Counted from the stretch's first letter, positions 1 to 13,849 are shown. The stretch: 64,000 nucleotides of DNA from Epiperipatus broadwayi (GCA_028023455.1 JAQFVV010000009.1:2046001-2110000); one strand, 5' to 3'. Notes: generated by a model from the sequence alone, not told the origin. Program-made: numbers and translations.

Positions 1-1349
1 ATCATGTTAAAAGAGTTTTGAATTTTCATTTTGTTAGTCAATAAATGTTGTTAACTTGATTTTCATTAAAATGATCTCTGGTTTATCAAAATTATTATCC
101 ATTCCTTTATCAATTCATAACTGAATATACATACATACACACACACTTTCTTTTTATATCATAATATAGTAATATGGTTAGATGAACCCTTCACTCAATT
201 GGAACCTATATAGAGGTACAGTAGTTGCTATCTAGTGTAAATTCACCCCTGAAGAGAGCTGAAGGCAACATTCTCCAAGTTTGAATACTGAGGCATAATG
301 GAATTCAAAAGAGGGGTGAGATATGGATGAATTAGCCTAAATTATATCTGAATTTAATGTGTAAACTTAGAGCTAGCCCATTGTAGATAGATAAGACCAT
401 TAGATGGGTACTTCATTGAATCATTCACTGTATTTTACCAGAAGACTCTAGGTCTGACTGTAATGAGATGCATTCCCCCTCTTCCAGGGTACCATTATCA
501 TCACAATTCAAGTGGTAGATAACCCAGGTTAAAAGAATATCTAAATATGAGCTTGGAAGAAATGTTGCTGACTAGAGGCTATGAAGGATTCACCAATATA
601 TAGCGATAATTATATAACAGGTGCAGAAAGCTATTCCAAAGTTTTCCCATGAGAAAATAATAGACCGTGATTCAAGTGGTAGACAGCCTGGATTATAAGA
701 GATAATATATAAAATAAGGTTGGTAGAAATATAGCTATCAAAGGCTAAATAAAAGGTCCTGCAGATAAGTAAATAAACTGATAATTATAAATTGACATTA
801 ACAGATCATCAATTTCATTTATACACTATAATAAAATATTACACACAAGGCATCCGAGACTTTTAATAAGTTTAAAAGTTATTATATACACACATACATA
901 AAATTGTTTATACAGTTTTTCAACATTATTTAAAAGATTAATTTAAAAATATTATTTAAAAACTATCACTTTAAAAAATGCTAATTTATATTTGATTTTA
1001 ATATCTAAGACTTATTTCATTTGCTAAAAAAAAACCTTTAGATTTTTAATATTTGCAAAAAGGGAGGGAGAGAATGGACTGACAAGACTTTAACAAAAGA
1101 AAAAAAAACAAAATATATTTAATAAGTACTCATAAAACAATAAATACCAAAATTAACACATCCATATAAGAATGAAAAAAGATACCAATGCAAAATTACA
1201 TGTCAATATAATTAAATGAAAGATAATTTGAATATATAAGTATTCACACTAACACATAATCATAATAAAACTATTCATAGCTTACTGAAATATAAATAGA
1301 GTTCATATTATTATAAGTGGGGTACAGCTTTTGATATCTTTATAAATTA

Positions 1350-1850
1350 TTTGGAGGAGTTAGTATTTTTGTATACAATTCTTTCTGTGGTTTTGTTTCT
1401 GGAGGGGTTAGTTAAGAGAGCCTTCCGGCACTTTCAAAAGGTTAGCTTTCCTAGGAATTTAAATCATGCTGGAGAATGAAAATAATGCTTGGAATGAGAA
1501 GTTCATCTTTTGGAAATGCCTAGCCACTTATACTATTAGAGACTGCAACTGGATAGATTGATACATTCATTTTTATAACAGTAAGTTGCATGTCATGAAA
1601 TAATTACAGAATATTAATGAAAATTCTTAATTGCAAAGAGTTAACTGATGACAAGCATAGAATACACTTTGTAGAGTAGAATGAAAAATAGAATCCAGAG
1701 AGTAATCAAGAGTAGATTGGTTTTTAGCAAGCTTCTTATAAGGCTCACTGTTCATTGTTTTCCCACAGGAATTTCTTAGAATCTTCTTAATTAACACATT
1801 ATAAAATATCTTTAGCTAAGCCAGCATATTTTTAATTTTTAATTAATAAA
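1350..1850 (-). mobile_element. Decayed non-LTR retrotransposon fragment (I/Nimb-like post-RT region)
   Basis: Broken translation YKKL..QSTLDYS...SVFYACH resembles YK.L.RS.LDYG..Y of I-group LINEs. Confidence 0.4.
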
Positions 1851-4800
1851 TTCTTACATTCCAGGATAATTACTTGTAATTACAAAATTTCTAGGACAAT
1901 GCTTAATGTTGGTTTCTTTGCAACTAAAGATCAAAATAACATTTTGTAGATTAAGCATTGTTTTAAAATATTTAAAATAATTTTATATGGAATATAACAT
2001 TTTTTTACTATAAAGTTCATTTTTTTTATAAAAAAATATTACATTACATTAGCTGCTAAAGAAAATGTTTTATATATTCATGTATATGCACAATATTGTA
2101 ACCAATTGGATTATATAACACACAATAATATAATGTGTGCATATAAATATAAAGTAATAGAAAAGTATAAATAAACAGAGACATAAATTTTTGTAGATAT
2201 TTTTCTATATTTCCTAAAATAAAATAGTAATAAGTAAAGGGTTAAATAACTCTGGGTTTAAAATAAAATTTCATTATGAAATTAATATTTTAAAAAAGTC
2301 TGATAAATATTATTTGTAATTCTGATTTTGAAATTTAAAAGTAAGCATGTTTTCTGATAATTTTAAAAAATGACTATTTTTGAAATCTTTAATTAATTTG
2401 TAAATTTCTATTATCTAAGTAAAAACATGTATGTAGATTCCAGGGAATTAGAGAGATAAAAATAAAACTCTGTTTTCAATCAAAGTGTTGTTATCACCTC
2501 AGATGATTCGATAAAAGGGCTGATAAAAAATATCAGCTGCAGTCTGGATAGTGATTTTTGAAGAGAAATCTAGATAGTAGTTTTTAGTAAAAATGGGTCA
2601 GCTGCAAAGTTGGCCACAATATTTTGTTGCAGCTTGTTGAAGTTTGCAGCAGTTAGTTTTAGCTGACCATAGAGTTGGCAAAATAGCTACCATAAACTGA
2701 TGTAGCTGATGGCAGGACAGTAGATTCAGGATCTGCTATTTTTTTCACAGGAGTTTGAATTTACATGGAGAAAATGACCCACTTCTTTGTGCTAAAATTC
2801 ATAGCCTTAAACATGGAGAGGACAGTTGCTTGCCTGAAATCTATCAAACTAAGACAGCTGCTTGCCTGGAATAATCCTAGACAGTAAGAGATCAACTACA
2901 GACCAACATTTTACATGGATTATACTTTTTCATGATGATGACAATCACTAAAACCAAACTTACCAGAAAAATTTTCCAGCTTGTCCAGGGAACCCCAGCT
3001 TGCTGAAGAAGTAATTATATATATGTATATATGCTGATGTATCTAAAGGCAGAAAAGAACAGATAAACATATATATAGCTGTGGTGAGTAATTATATATA
3101 ATAACGAAATTTTAAATAAATAACAAAATTTTAAATAATTTCTTTAGTAAAATGACATTTTAGAAGTGATGTGTGAATTTGTACTTTTCATGTTTATGCT
3201 GGGTGTATAGTTGAGCAGGGCTGCCTAGTTGCAGTATGTTCATGATGCTCTGAAGTATAGGCTCAGCACTGTCTAGACCTAGATGTTGAGCTCCCAGAGT
3301 AGACCAGCAGTGTATATGTAAGCCTCATGAATAGGCCTTGGTCTCATGAATAGACCTCATCTATAGCCCCTAAGACTCACAAAAAATGAGCAGGGCTGGC
3401 TCAATGCCTGATATTTTTTTTCTGGATACTACTCCTTGTGCATGATCTGTCTAGGTACTTAGAAGGGGCAGTGCTTAAAAATGAGGTATTTTCTCGTGAC
3501 ATTATGGGTCCTTATTTTCTGGTAGTCCATGCTTAGCTGTCTACTTATCATGGCATGGGGAGCTGCAGTTCATGTATTCACTTTTCCTATCTCACCTTGC
3601 CTACTTCATCAGCATTATCTAATCAAGAAGAGAGACAATTTTAAAGTGAAGCAAACAAGCAAATAATTCTACCTGGATTTTTAAAAAAAAGATAAAGAAT
3701 CGATGATTCTATAATTTAAATTTAAAAACGTTGATACCTGTCAAAAATTGACTATACCTTTTTTTAAGGAAAAAAACAACAACTTATAAACTGATAAATA
3801 ATTTTAAATTTATCTATATTTTGTTTATAAACAGGTATATGTGTGAAATTTATGTATGTTTTCCAAACGGAATCAATTAGTAAAATATAACTTTATTATT
3901 ATAACAAATTAAAATATGTAGATAAATTAATATATCACACATCTGTGCAAATTATATATATATATGCATTTCAGTAAACCTAGTATGTAACGTGTATCTC
4001 ATTTAACTGAAACTTTAATCATTTATTGAATTTTTATATAACTTAAGATTTTGATAATTATTTTGTAAAAAGTCAAATATAACATAAAATTTTAATCTTT
4101 TTTTATTATTAAATGTCAATTGAAATATATTGATTGTATATTATAAATTGCACGCACATATATGTAAATCAATGTAACAATTTGAATAGTAATTATGTAA
4201 ATTACCAATGGGATAATTTTTTTTATTGTATAAGACTTAATTTATATGTATAGTCACATAGATCTTAATTTCAATTTTTTTATTTTCATTGTTAATAAAC
4301 TTGTATTCAATTGTTAAAAATTGTATTCAATCATCATTTCTTGGTCACATACAGTAATAGAGCTTGTGTTCTCTGAGTTAGATTCGTGCACGAGATGAAT
4401 ATATAAATGGAGATGGGTATTTAGTGCTCTTAGGGCATCCAGTGATGATCAATCATCATTCTTCTGGTAGGCACATAAGATTATAATCTTTAAAGCCCAT
4501 GCACTATATTTTATTTTTAGTTTAGTCTTATTAGGAGTTGTTTATAGTTGGCCAGTACAAGAGGCCTGAGCATTGATGATGATCAGCATGTTTTATATCC
4601 CAACATTATTGTTTAGATTTTCTTGTTATGTATTCTAATGGATTAGCACTTAAGATGGTGCATCCAAGTTATGTTTAAGTAATTGCCCAAGCTGGCAAAG
4701 GCTCAATAGTTAGCCTGATCTACAGAAGACCCATTTCCAATCCAGTCACAAGATTGACTGTTGATTTATATTTTTTATTATTCAAATCCATCCACAAGTT

Positions 4801-5689
4801 GGACTGTTGATTTTATACTGATTTATTTTAATTGTTGATCATTCCTGATAATGAATGGTGTTTTGAGTAGTACTTATATTTACTTTATACTGCTGGTTAA
4901 TGGTTAATTATGCTTTTAGTTGCTCTTCTGATCTCTGGCTGATCTCTCTGTTCACTTGATCTCATGCTCCCATTAAATATTTACTTATATATAATTTTAG
5001 AAATCTATTACAGTAATTTAAAGTTGTAATTATAAATTTATTCCACAGCGTAAGCTTGTGGTTAAAACACCTGTAGAGGTCCCTACTATCGCATTTTATA
5101 CACATATTATCGAGATTATAGCCTCAGTAAATATTACTTATATATAGTTTTGTAAATTATTGAAAATTATTGATTTTAAATTTACTTGGGCATGATGATG
5201 TTTTGCCATCACATCTTCTCCACTCCTACCACCCTATCCCATTACAATGTATATTATCATACTCACTATAACACATGTTTAATAAAAAAATGACAAATTA
5301 ATTGAAAATTAAAATTTAGCAGAATCAATTGATACATATATATTTGAGATCTGGCAAAGTGTCCTCAATATATTATTACCACTTGAAATAAAACTTTTCA
5401 TGGATTTAATAGATAAAATATTAAAAATTTGAATGAAATTTTATTTAAGTATTTTTTAATTACAGTTCACCTGCAAAAGCAAGCAAAAAATTTTAAACTA
5501 TATCAATAAACTGCTTTCCAGAAAACATTGCTTTTTTTGTCTGGCATCTACAACCCAAAAATAGATTTCCTATTTCAAACTATTTTGAATAAAAGAGAGA
5601 TTACAAACATAAATATTATAGAGAGTGAAAGTTTAAAGAAATATTTGCTTTTCCAGTTCTTCTATTAATAAACAATACTTTCTTACATT

Positions 5690-5800
5690 GAGCTCCTCAC
5701 TGGTGAAAGCCATAAGTTCGAAACTAGTCTGGGGATATTGAATAGGACAACACAGAATAGAGATTTATTAAGCACTAACATCTGGCATCCATTAGTAATT
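5690..5800 (+). repeat. Family A fragment with degenerate hammerhead (5694-5735)
   Basis: TCCTCA-CTGGTGA-AAGCCATAAGTTC-GAAA-CTA-GTC-TGGGGA; core A6>G. Followed by family A arm sequence. Confidence 0.75.
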
Positions 5801-5990
5801 AAAGCTTATAGTCAGAACCATAACTGCGATGAAAGAAAAAAGTATGGTGTTAAAACAGCAATATGTGGAATTGTAGACATAACATGATGATATAACTATT
5901 TTAACTGCATTAGTTGTATATTAAACTGTTATATCAAATTTATTATATAGGAGTGAGACATAGATCCAATATTTATAATATCAATGGTAA

Positions 5991-6152
5991 AACTCTTCAT
6001 ACAGTAGTACCACTCAGTGCAAACCAGAGTAATCAATGGATGCAATGGATTGCTCTGGATTGCACTGAGTGACATTACTATATGGAGAGTTTTGCCTGTT
6101 TTAACAGCTTGAGCAAGTATAAGAAATGGTGATCACGTGATGTTTACTGGTT
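5991..6152 (+). mobile_element. Family A fold-back retro-element, short copy (arms 5991-6042 / 6045-6096 plus 3' tail)
   Basis: Inverted arms match family A; tail ends TGGTGATCACGTGATGTTT (6127-6145). Imperfect TSD TAATATCaAtGGTAA 5976-5990 / TAATATCgAaGGTAA 6153-6167 (13/15). Confidence 0.8.
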
Positions 6153-6299
6153 TAATATCGAAGGTAATTGGAAACATTACATTTAATAAAAAGGTACTCC
6201 GCAAAATTGCTGAAAGTACAGTGACAAAATAAAAGATTGTGTGTACTTTTGTTTGCTGAATATATTATTGAATCTATTATTGCAAGTAACATATTTTTG

Positions 6300-7850
6300 A
6301 TGAACTGGATATGTGAAGTGAATGAAAAGTAACAAGGCAGATCCTATTATGGTAAAAAGATTATCTCCGAGATTCAGCAGATACTACTAATCGCTTTTAT
6401 CGGCTGAGAATAGAAAAAAATAGAAAGTTATACTTTTAGAGTGTTGATGTATTTCAGAAAGATTTATTGCAGAAGATACCATGGGTAAATGTTAATCAGA
6501 CTCTAAAATTAGCACGTGATATATGGTTATATTTGTGGTGCATTATTACAAAATTCTTAAAAAAAAATTTTTCTGAAATAAAAATGGCCATATTAATCTA
6601 TGAACAATTGGTAATGAATTTCTATCAATGACCAATGTTACTACGTGATCATATCGTAACTAAGAAATTTCTCTACGGTATTTAGCTTTTGAATGAGAAT
6701 TTAAAGCATATTCATAATTTAAAAAAAAAACCTTAAAATCTTGAGTTTACAATTGACTACTAATGAATACCACAGATAATCAAGCGTTATTACTTGATTG
6801 TAATATTCTATTGTTTAATTATTCTTTTTGCCTTCTGGGAGAGAATTTAATACGGTATATACAGATAATAATTTAAAAAAAAAAAAAAAAATTTATTATT
6901 TAATTTCCATAATCCAAATTACGTAAAATTTAATTATAATGGCTTAAACAAACGTGTTTTGTTTACTAGCGTGCGATCATTTTATGGAACTGTCCATTAA
7001 AATTCCAAGTATAGTATTTATAAGTTTTCTAGAAAAGTTTTAAGCTAACAATTCCTGCTCTCAAAAACCTATTAAAGAACGGAAGTAAATTACAATTCAA
7101 AGCGAGACCAATGCACTTGCTCATTTGAGTCATTGAAGTTGGAAAATCTAGTTTGTTATGGAAATAAGAGAAATGGTGCTGTTAACATAACCTTCAAAAA
7201 AAAAAAATTGATCTCATGGTACTTACCGGATTATGTAAATAATGATGAACAATGATGACGGATTATTTAATTCTTCGTTCAACTCTTTTACTAAACTTAC
7301 TAACCGTAGTCCCATATGTACTTTGTTTGATGATCCGAGTAAATGCGTACGTATTAGTTGCATTTGATATTTTTTTATTTATCCATTGAACAAGTTAACT
7401 GAATGATATAACTTTTGAATCTTTTAAAATTTAAATAAACACATACGAGTGAATATACGTAATAAAACATGTAGAAGGTATATGTTTGAGATACATCTAT
7501 TCGAGCGAGTACCTATTGTATGTGAAATTTATCTTGAGTGAGTTTATACCTATGTCTTTTTCGCTGTGACTTTATAGAGGAGATTCAGAAGAGGCCTTCA
7601 TCCTGCTCTAAGTTATTTTTAAAGACTGTCTTTTCTATTTTAATTATATATTTTTATGAGATACTGAATAATAATAGTAATAGATACGCTTTGTTCAGTT
7701 TTTAATTTTATTATGTTTTCCCAGGAATAAATGAGTCTCTGTAGGATTATTTGAAAATTTAAAAGTAGGTGGGCAAGGTATGAATCGAAGAATATTAATA
7801 ATTATTCGTTAAGTATGGTCGTCCTACTTTCAGAAAAAAACAAAAATATA
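6300..7850. promoter_or_regulatory. CpG-rich island / putative promoter of the GPCR gene
   Basis: Many intact CpGs (e.g. agcgtgcga, gcgtacgt, tcgagcgag) against near absence elsewhere outside young TEs. ETS-like CGGAAGT at 7080-7086 and CCAAT at 7108-7112, upstream of the ATG at 7242. Boundaries approximate. Confidence 0.55.
7242..7346 (+). CDS. Probable exon 1 of a cAMP-receptor-like (class E, GCR1/GPR157/CrlA-like) GPCR: MMNNDDGLFNSSFNSFTKLTNRSPICTLFDDPSKC
   Basis: ATG at 7242 with in-frame upstream TAA (7236-7238). 35 open codons end at a phase-0 donor TGC|GTACGT (7347). Two N-glycosylation sequons (NSS, NRS) and a CTLF...C motif fit an extracellular N-terminus. Lies in the only host CpG-rich island and joins in frame to the phase-0 exon at 30043. 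Family call is from remembered motif similarity, not a search. Confidence 0.6.
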
Positions 7851-8059
7851 ATATATGACCAAAAGATGAGTTTTGGATGACTATTTAAATTAGACCTATG
7901 TAGTATCATTATATCCACATATAGCACCCACTGGTCTTTTAGGTTGTTTATTCAACATCTTTTAGCTTTTTCTAGAAAATGTTTACATTTGCCTTATTAA
8001 AATTTATTGTATTCTGGTTTCAGCCATAAACATTTTAATTCATTGGAGTTTATTGTATT

Positions 8060-10250
8060 CTATTTTTAGCTATAACATCCTAGTAAAAATAATCAGTATT
8101 GTACTTTTAGAATGTCATTGAGATGAGCCTTATAATGTAAACAGGATTTGCCTCTAATATGAAGACTATACTAAAGTTAACTGCAAAATATATTTTATAT
8201 TTCTAGATTCAATATCATCACATCAGTAAATTGAATATATTGACTGGTTTAGTAATCTTGCTCTTATATTTTCAAAATATTACAGAGCTTTTATAAATGA
8301 AATTTTTCCAGTGTTTTATATTATGTAGCTATGGGATCCAAGTCTCATTTTTACACAATAAATTTGTTAGAACAAATTATTTCCATATACAATAAATTTA
8401 ATTGAATTAATTAGTGTCATTATGATAAAGTATCCTATTTTTTTAACTTGATAATGTAGTATTATAATAGAATTTGAATTGCATTTCAATATCACATTCA
8501 TCTTTCTGCCTTTTAGCTATCAATATTCAAGTATTTTCATTCACAAGTAGATAATCATCCAAATCAAAAGTTACTTTTGATTTTTTTTTCATCACTAAAT
8601 GAGCACTAACTTATTTTTTGAGCTGTAAATTATCTATTGCATTCAAAACATTAGGAATAACAATAGCACAGTCATTAATATACTGTAAATCTAGGTTAGG
8701 AGTTAAGAAAATGAAGTTTTTGATTCGCTTTTAATTGGATTGAATCGAAAATCTCATTAGCAAACTATATTATTTTTTGATGCTTGTTTCATAAAGCTAT
8801 TTTTTTTGCTATTTCAGAAAACGTAAATAAAAATAGACAACAAACCTCGAAGCTATTAAATATCACTGTTTGGTAGTGATTTCTATTTTAAATGCCTCAG
8901 ATTTTTCATGTACAGTAATGCTTTATCTCATTCTATAATATAGTAAAAATATAATAGGAATAAAAATTTTCATCAATGTTTTGATCAAATTGATATATAA
9001 ATCACAACATTTTCATACATTTGTTAGACAATGAAAAATATATTTATAATTCTTCCTGATTCTTTAAATTTATATTGAATTCTTTGGAAACACTTGTCTA
9101 CAAATGGTAACAACATATTCAATAAAATCTTGAATAACTTGCTGTAATAGGTAATAATAATATTCCATGATGACTACTGCAGTCTTTTCTGTCATTTTTT
9201 CTTCTCTTTTTTCAAATTTGGATTAATAGAAACCTTAAGATAGTTTTATTGCTTTTTGTTCTAAATCTTCCTAAAACATTAATCATTTTAACCTTAACAT
9301 TAGTGCCATATTTTAAACTGTTTTAATTTCCAATTAGATATGATTGTCTAGATTTAAATAAGTTGATAAGATAGGTATAATATTAAATGCAGTTATCTGA
9401 ATTCATATATCATTATTCAAAGGATGATCAAAATATTCCATTTGTTTAGAATATTATCATATAAATATGATTCACTAATTTATTAACATTATAATATTTT
9501 TAAATACTTGCATGTCAAAAAAAAAAGATTTAGTTACTACAATCAGAAATTGTTGGATTAAAATACCAAAGGTAATTAATTGTTCGTAAATCTTTTTGTC
9601 AGTCAGTGAACTCTTGTTTTAAATTTTTATATTGCTTATATAGTATTAACCAAGCAGAGAATGCCTCATGTTTTTTTTATTTTAATTTAGTAATTGTCAG
9701 ACAATTTCTCATACCCACAACATTATATTCCTTAAAAAATTCCATGTCTCAATATAACATGATCAACTTAAAAATCCAAATTGGCAGTTTTGATATTTAA
9801 CAGTTAATACTTACTTCCACATCATGAGTATCAAATTTCCTACCAATATGTTCAAAATAAGTCAAATTTTTTATATGACCTTTATTGTTAAAATATAACA
9901 TATTAATCTATAAATGCTCATTTTCCCTTCTAGCTAGCTTGAGTGTGGATGCATCCAAGTTCTTTATAATAATTTTTCTGTAATAATAGTTACAGTCAAT
10001 CCATACATTTTTATGTTTCAAAATATTGTTTGCTTTTATATATATATGTTAGGCAAAAATTTAATTATACTAATTGAATTCACAAAACCAATATCATTAT
10101 TTTCATTAAATAAATAATTGTGTTATTTGTCATTTGGGATATTATGAACATTCAATTGTTGGAAGTGACAGACTTTCTCTATGGAGTGTTCTATCTCAAC
10201 ACTACCAACCCACTTTTGAGTTTTTATATTTCTAATTATTTATCATGAAC
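8060..10250 (-). mobile_element. Decayed near-full-length RTE (BovB-like) LINE
   Basis: Ordered broken motifs: endonuclease end (~9800-10240), DCSSHHGILLL (~9150-9185), YINDCAIV (FADD region, 8659-8682), NETWIP..H.K.LE.FH-like (~8270-8350). Boundaries approximate. Confidence 0.7.
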
Positions 10251-12964
10251 AATTAACATAATCCCGTGCCATAAACTCCAGAGCAAGGTATAATTTTGGA
10301 AGTTTTATATTTACCAGCCTCTAAGACTCAAAGGAGCAAGGCTTTGCAAATTTTTTTGCATTATTATTTCTATTGTACAATTGTAAGTAGCTTATAATAT
10401 TTAAATTGAGATGATTTATAGATTTTTCGCTCCTGTATCTACTTGATTCATTTCCAATAACTATGGGTAATTCTTTCCTATTCCCCTCAATGTTAATTTT
10501 AAAATTTTTTATTTTATTGGTATTAATGCAATAACACTGTCCATCAAAAAAATAAAAGCTTTTTCCGAAGATCCTAATTGAAACATTGAAGCATAGCTTT
10601 AATTAAAATGATCACTGATACCATTGACCACTTTTAAATTTTATTAGAATTTTTATTGAAACATGTAATTATTTCCAAAATAAAAAATCCAAATTTAAAT
10701 CATATCTAATTTAGCATCTTGCTATCACCTTTCTCTCAATGGTCTAATCTTTTAAAAAAAAAAAAGTTTATAGCTATCTACTTGTCCTTTTAAACTTTTT
10801 TGTCTCTAGAAGATGAGCTTTATGAAGATCAGTCAAATAATTTGTTCTGTGTTGAAAAACCAAAATCAAATCAAATTTAGATGTTTCATATTGTCATTAC
10901 TGATATTTCTATCATATCTATACTTGTTAAATGAGCAGTCCATCAGGTATGGCAATATCATCATATTTTGTGAACCAAACTATTTTTAGACAAGCTTTTC
11001 TCTGATTTTCCACATTACTGCAGAACAGGATGATATTTATAAATAGAGTTGCCCAAACATGCAATCATTTGCCATATATGACTTTTATCACAATCTACTT
11101 ATAAGAAATTTATAGATTATAAGATTAAATGGAAATCATAGAGTTTGATAAACATATTTTCATAGCCTTTTCAATGCCAAGATTTCTGCATACTTTGTAC
11201 ATACTTGTACATTGTATATAAAGGTGAGAAAAGAATAAGATTAGAATCAGAATTGATGTGTTTGTGATTTAAGGATGGAAGAGTGATTACCCAAACATGC
11301 AATACTTAAATCAGACTCTATATCTGAGTTAAGTGATTAAAAAATAACATGGTTAAAAAGAAAAGATAAAAAAAGACTGCTTTTATTAAAAGCCATTTAG
11401 TCTTTGAGAGCCAATAGTATAAGGCGGTAGGCAATATTCTTTGTCAGGCATTACATATTTGCAATTAATTCTTAATATCATAATGATATGATATACCTCT
11501 TAGAAAAATATTTTTATTCATTAAAATTGTTCTATCATTCAGTGTTGTGTCTGTGTTTGCTAGCAATTTTGCATGTGTGTATATGTTTTTAAATAATGGG
11601 TAAAGATTTTTATATATATATATTGTTATTACAATATTTTTTAATTAATGAACTTTTTTTGTTTTATATATATAAAGTTAGCATGTATATATATGTTTGA
11701 ATGTTAAGTTCTCTTTCTAAAAATAGGTTAAATGTTTAACAGAATAATATGAACAAGTGATAACTACTTAAAAATTTTAATGAGTATTTTATCATTAAGA
11801 ACTTGATAAACAGACTGTATTATGATCAAATAGATTTTATTTTTATCTAAATATTGAAAATGATAGTTTTTATTAGATATGGAAGTGCAAATTTTTGTGT
11901 GTTACATACTTAATGTATTCTTATTAAACTAGATTTTATCAATTAATTTTAAGGAATTGTATAAAGATGATAGTTGATTATCATTTATCTTTATATATCA
12001 AGAGTAACAATTTTTCTATTTATTTTATTTCAGAGCAATCTATTGTTATCAATAGAAACTAATTGATAATGTTATATCCACATTACCTGACTAGTTTCTA
12101 GTTATTTGCTGGATAACTTCAGTGAGGGGCAGGATTTGCACCTGTTCATCTATGGAGCCATTTTAATTTCTTTTATATTATCAACCTGATATTTAAAAAC
12201 ATTTAAAATTTTGTTTTCTGATTTGCCCCTATTTATCTAGGAGTCAGCCAAACTGATTTTTAAAAACACTGCACAAGTTTGAATAAGCCAAGGCCTATCT
12301 TTAAAAAAAAGTGGATCTTAAATAAAAATATTTTTTGGATTCCAATATTATAAAATACATTATTAGAAAGTAATATTTTTTTTTATTGAATACCAAATAT
12401 TCAAGAATTCCTAATATTATGGCACAAAAATAAAACATTTTATAAAGCACAGTAATTTTTAAAATAATATGCTTTAATGTTTTTTTTCTTAGCCTTCATT
12501 ATTATATGTATTGTTTTTTAAATTAAAAATCATAATAAATAGGTTTTTTAAATTAAGAGGTTCTAGGCTAGTGCCTTGTTTGCATATGAATAAAATAATA
12601 ATGTGATTCATCCAACTTGTTTATTTTGTTATATAAATTTGACAATATATCAATAACTATATGAATGCAAATCCTGCTTCTTAACAGAGATACTCAAACT
12701 TATATTAAAAAAGCTATCAAGTAAATAGAATGAATTATTATTCTAATAAAGATATTGGAAATAAGCAGAGAAGATTAAGTAATGTATTTATATTCACATT
12801 TTAAAAACAAATAGTGATAGTTTGAAGCAGAGATATTTTCTAAAATCATTATATTTTGATACCAGAACAGTTTTTAGATTTATCCATGTAACTAAAATAG
12901 ATTTTATGAAAGAGAAATATATATATATATCTTAAAGACATTAAGTCCAAATAGTATAAATAAT

Positions 12965-13362
12965 TAAACAGGCAAAACTCTCCATACAGTAGTGTTACCC
13001 TGTGCCAACCAGAGTAATCAATGGATGCCAGAAGGCTTGTGCATAAAATCCCCATCTAGTGCCTACTCATCCAATATCCCCAGACTAGTTTCTGGCTTGT
13101 GGCCTTCGTCAGTGAGGAGTCTTGGATCTGAAAGCACTGCACCTAGATCTTAGGATCTAATGCAACCCTCCAGCAGCCACCTTTTATCTCTACTTAACTA
13201 CAAAACTATGAGAATGAAATTGAAAATATTTTCAATCTAAGCTCAATAGCTTATATAGTCATATGGGTCTGAACTCAGTTCAGCACCCATACATTTTGGG
13301 GTCTTTGGCTCTTTAACAACCATAGCCACCACTATCCTATTAGATGGTGATCATGTGATGTT
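12965..13362 (+). mobile_element. Family A element: long inverted part (HHR on - strand) plus terminal motif
   Basis: Arm starts AAACAGGCAAAACTC, ends GGTGATCATGTGATGTT. TSD TAGTATaAATAAT 12952-12964 / TAGTATgAATAAT 13363-13375. Confidence 0.85.
13077..13118 (-). ncRNA. Minimal type I hammerhead ribozyme (best family A copy)
   Basis: TCCTCA CTGACGA A-GGC-CACAA-GCC-A GAAA CTA GTC TGGGGA: stem I 6 bp, intact core, palindromic ACUAGU stem III, GUC triplet. Confidence 0.85.
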
Positions 13363-13823
13363 TAGTATGAATAATGTTTGATTTTTTCTAAGATGTTGAA
13401 AATAGTCCAATATGTAAGTACAAGTAAAATGTTATCATCATAATAATTCTTCAGGCAAACATTTAAAAAATGTAATTGGGGGGGAGGGAAGTATACATGT
13501 TGAGCATATATATATATGTGGATGTAAATTTCAAATGCAATATGATATTTCTTCTATTAGAAATTATTCTGTGACAAATAGTGACATGATTTGCAATATA
13601 TTTTATGTTAGAAATCTATCAAGAGACAATCTTCATATTCAGTAGTTTTATTTAATTTTAAGCGGAAATCTATGCTGAAAAATTCTGAATGGATTTGATT
13701 TGTTGAGTAGCAGATGTATAAAATTTCTCTTGAGATTCATTTCTAAAGATGAAAGATCTTTAAAGACTATTGGGTCCTACTGAAAAATTATAAAACAATG
13801 GGATTAAAAACCTGTTTTTTTTT

Positions 13824-13849
13824 TTGTGTGTGTGTGTGTGTGTGTGTGT
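13824..13849. repeat. (TG)n microsatellite; (CA)n also at ~42228-42238, 60604-60625, 63471-63486; (TA)n at 36566-36588
   Basis: Direct reading. Confidence 0.9.

Noticed and set aside
560-625. VI*LSLYIGES on the - strand, reminiscent of a Penelope GIY-YIG endonuclease
   Set aside because: Only 3 residues separate the two half-motifs (normally ~10), there is a stop, and no flanking RT or conserved R/E residues. No autonomous Penelope was found in the window.
7745-7777. Possible + strand micro-exon (LFENLKVGGQ) with AG/GT
   Set aside because: Phase does not fit the exon 1-exon 2 junction, which already reads well; no other support.
8205-8330. Apparent + strand exon (IQYHH... / EYIDWFSN...)
   Set aside because: It is the antisense of the RTE relic at 8060-10250.
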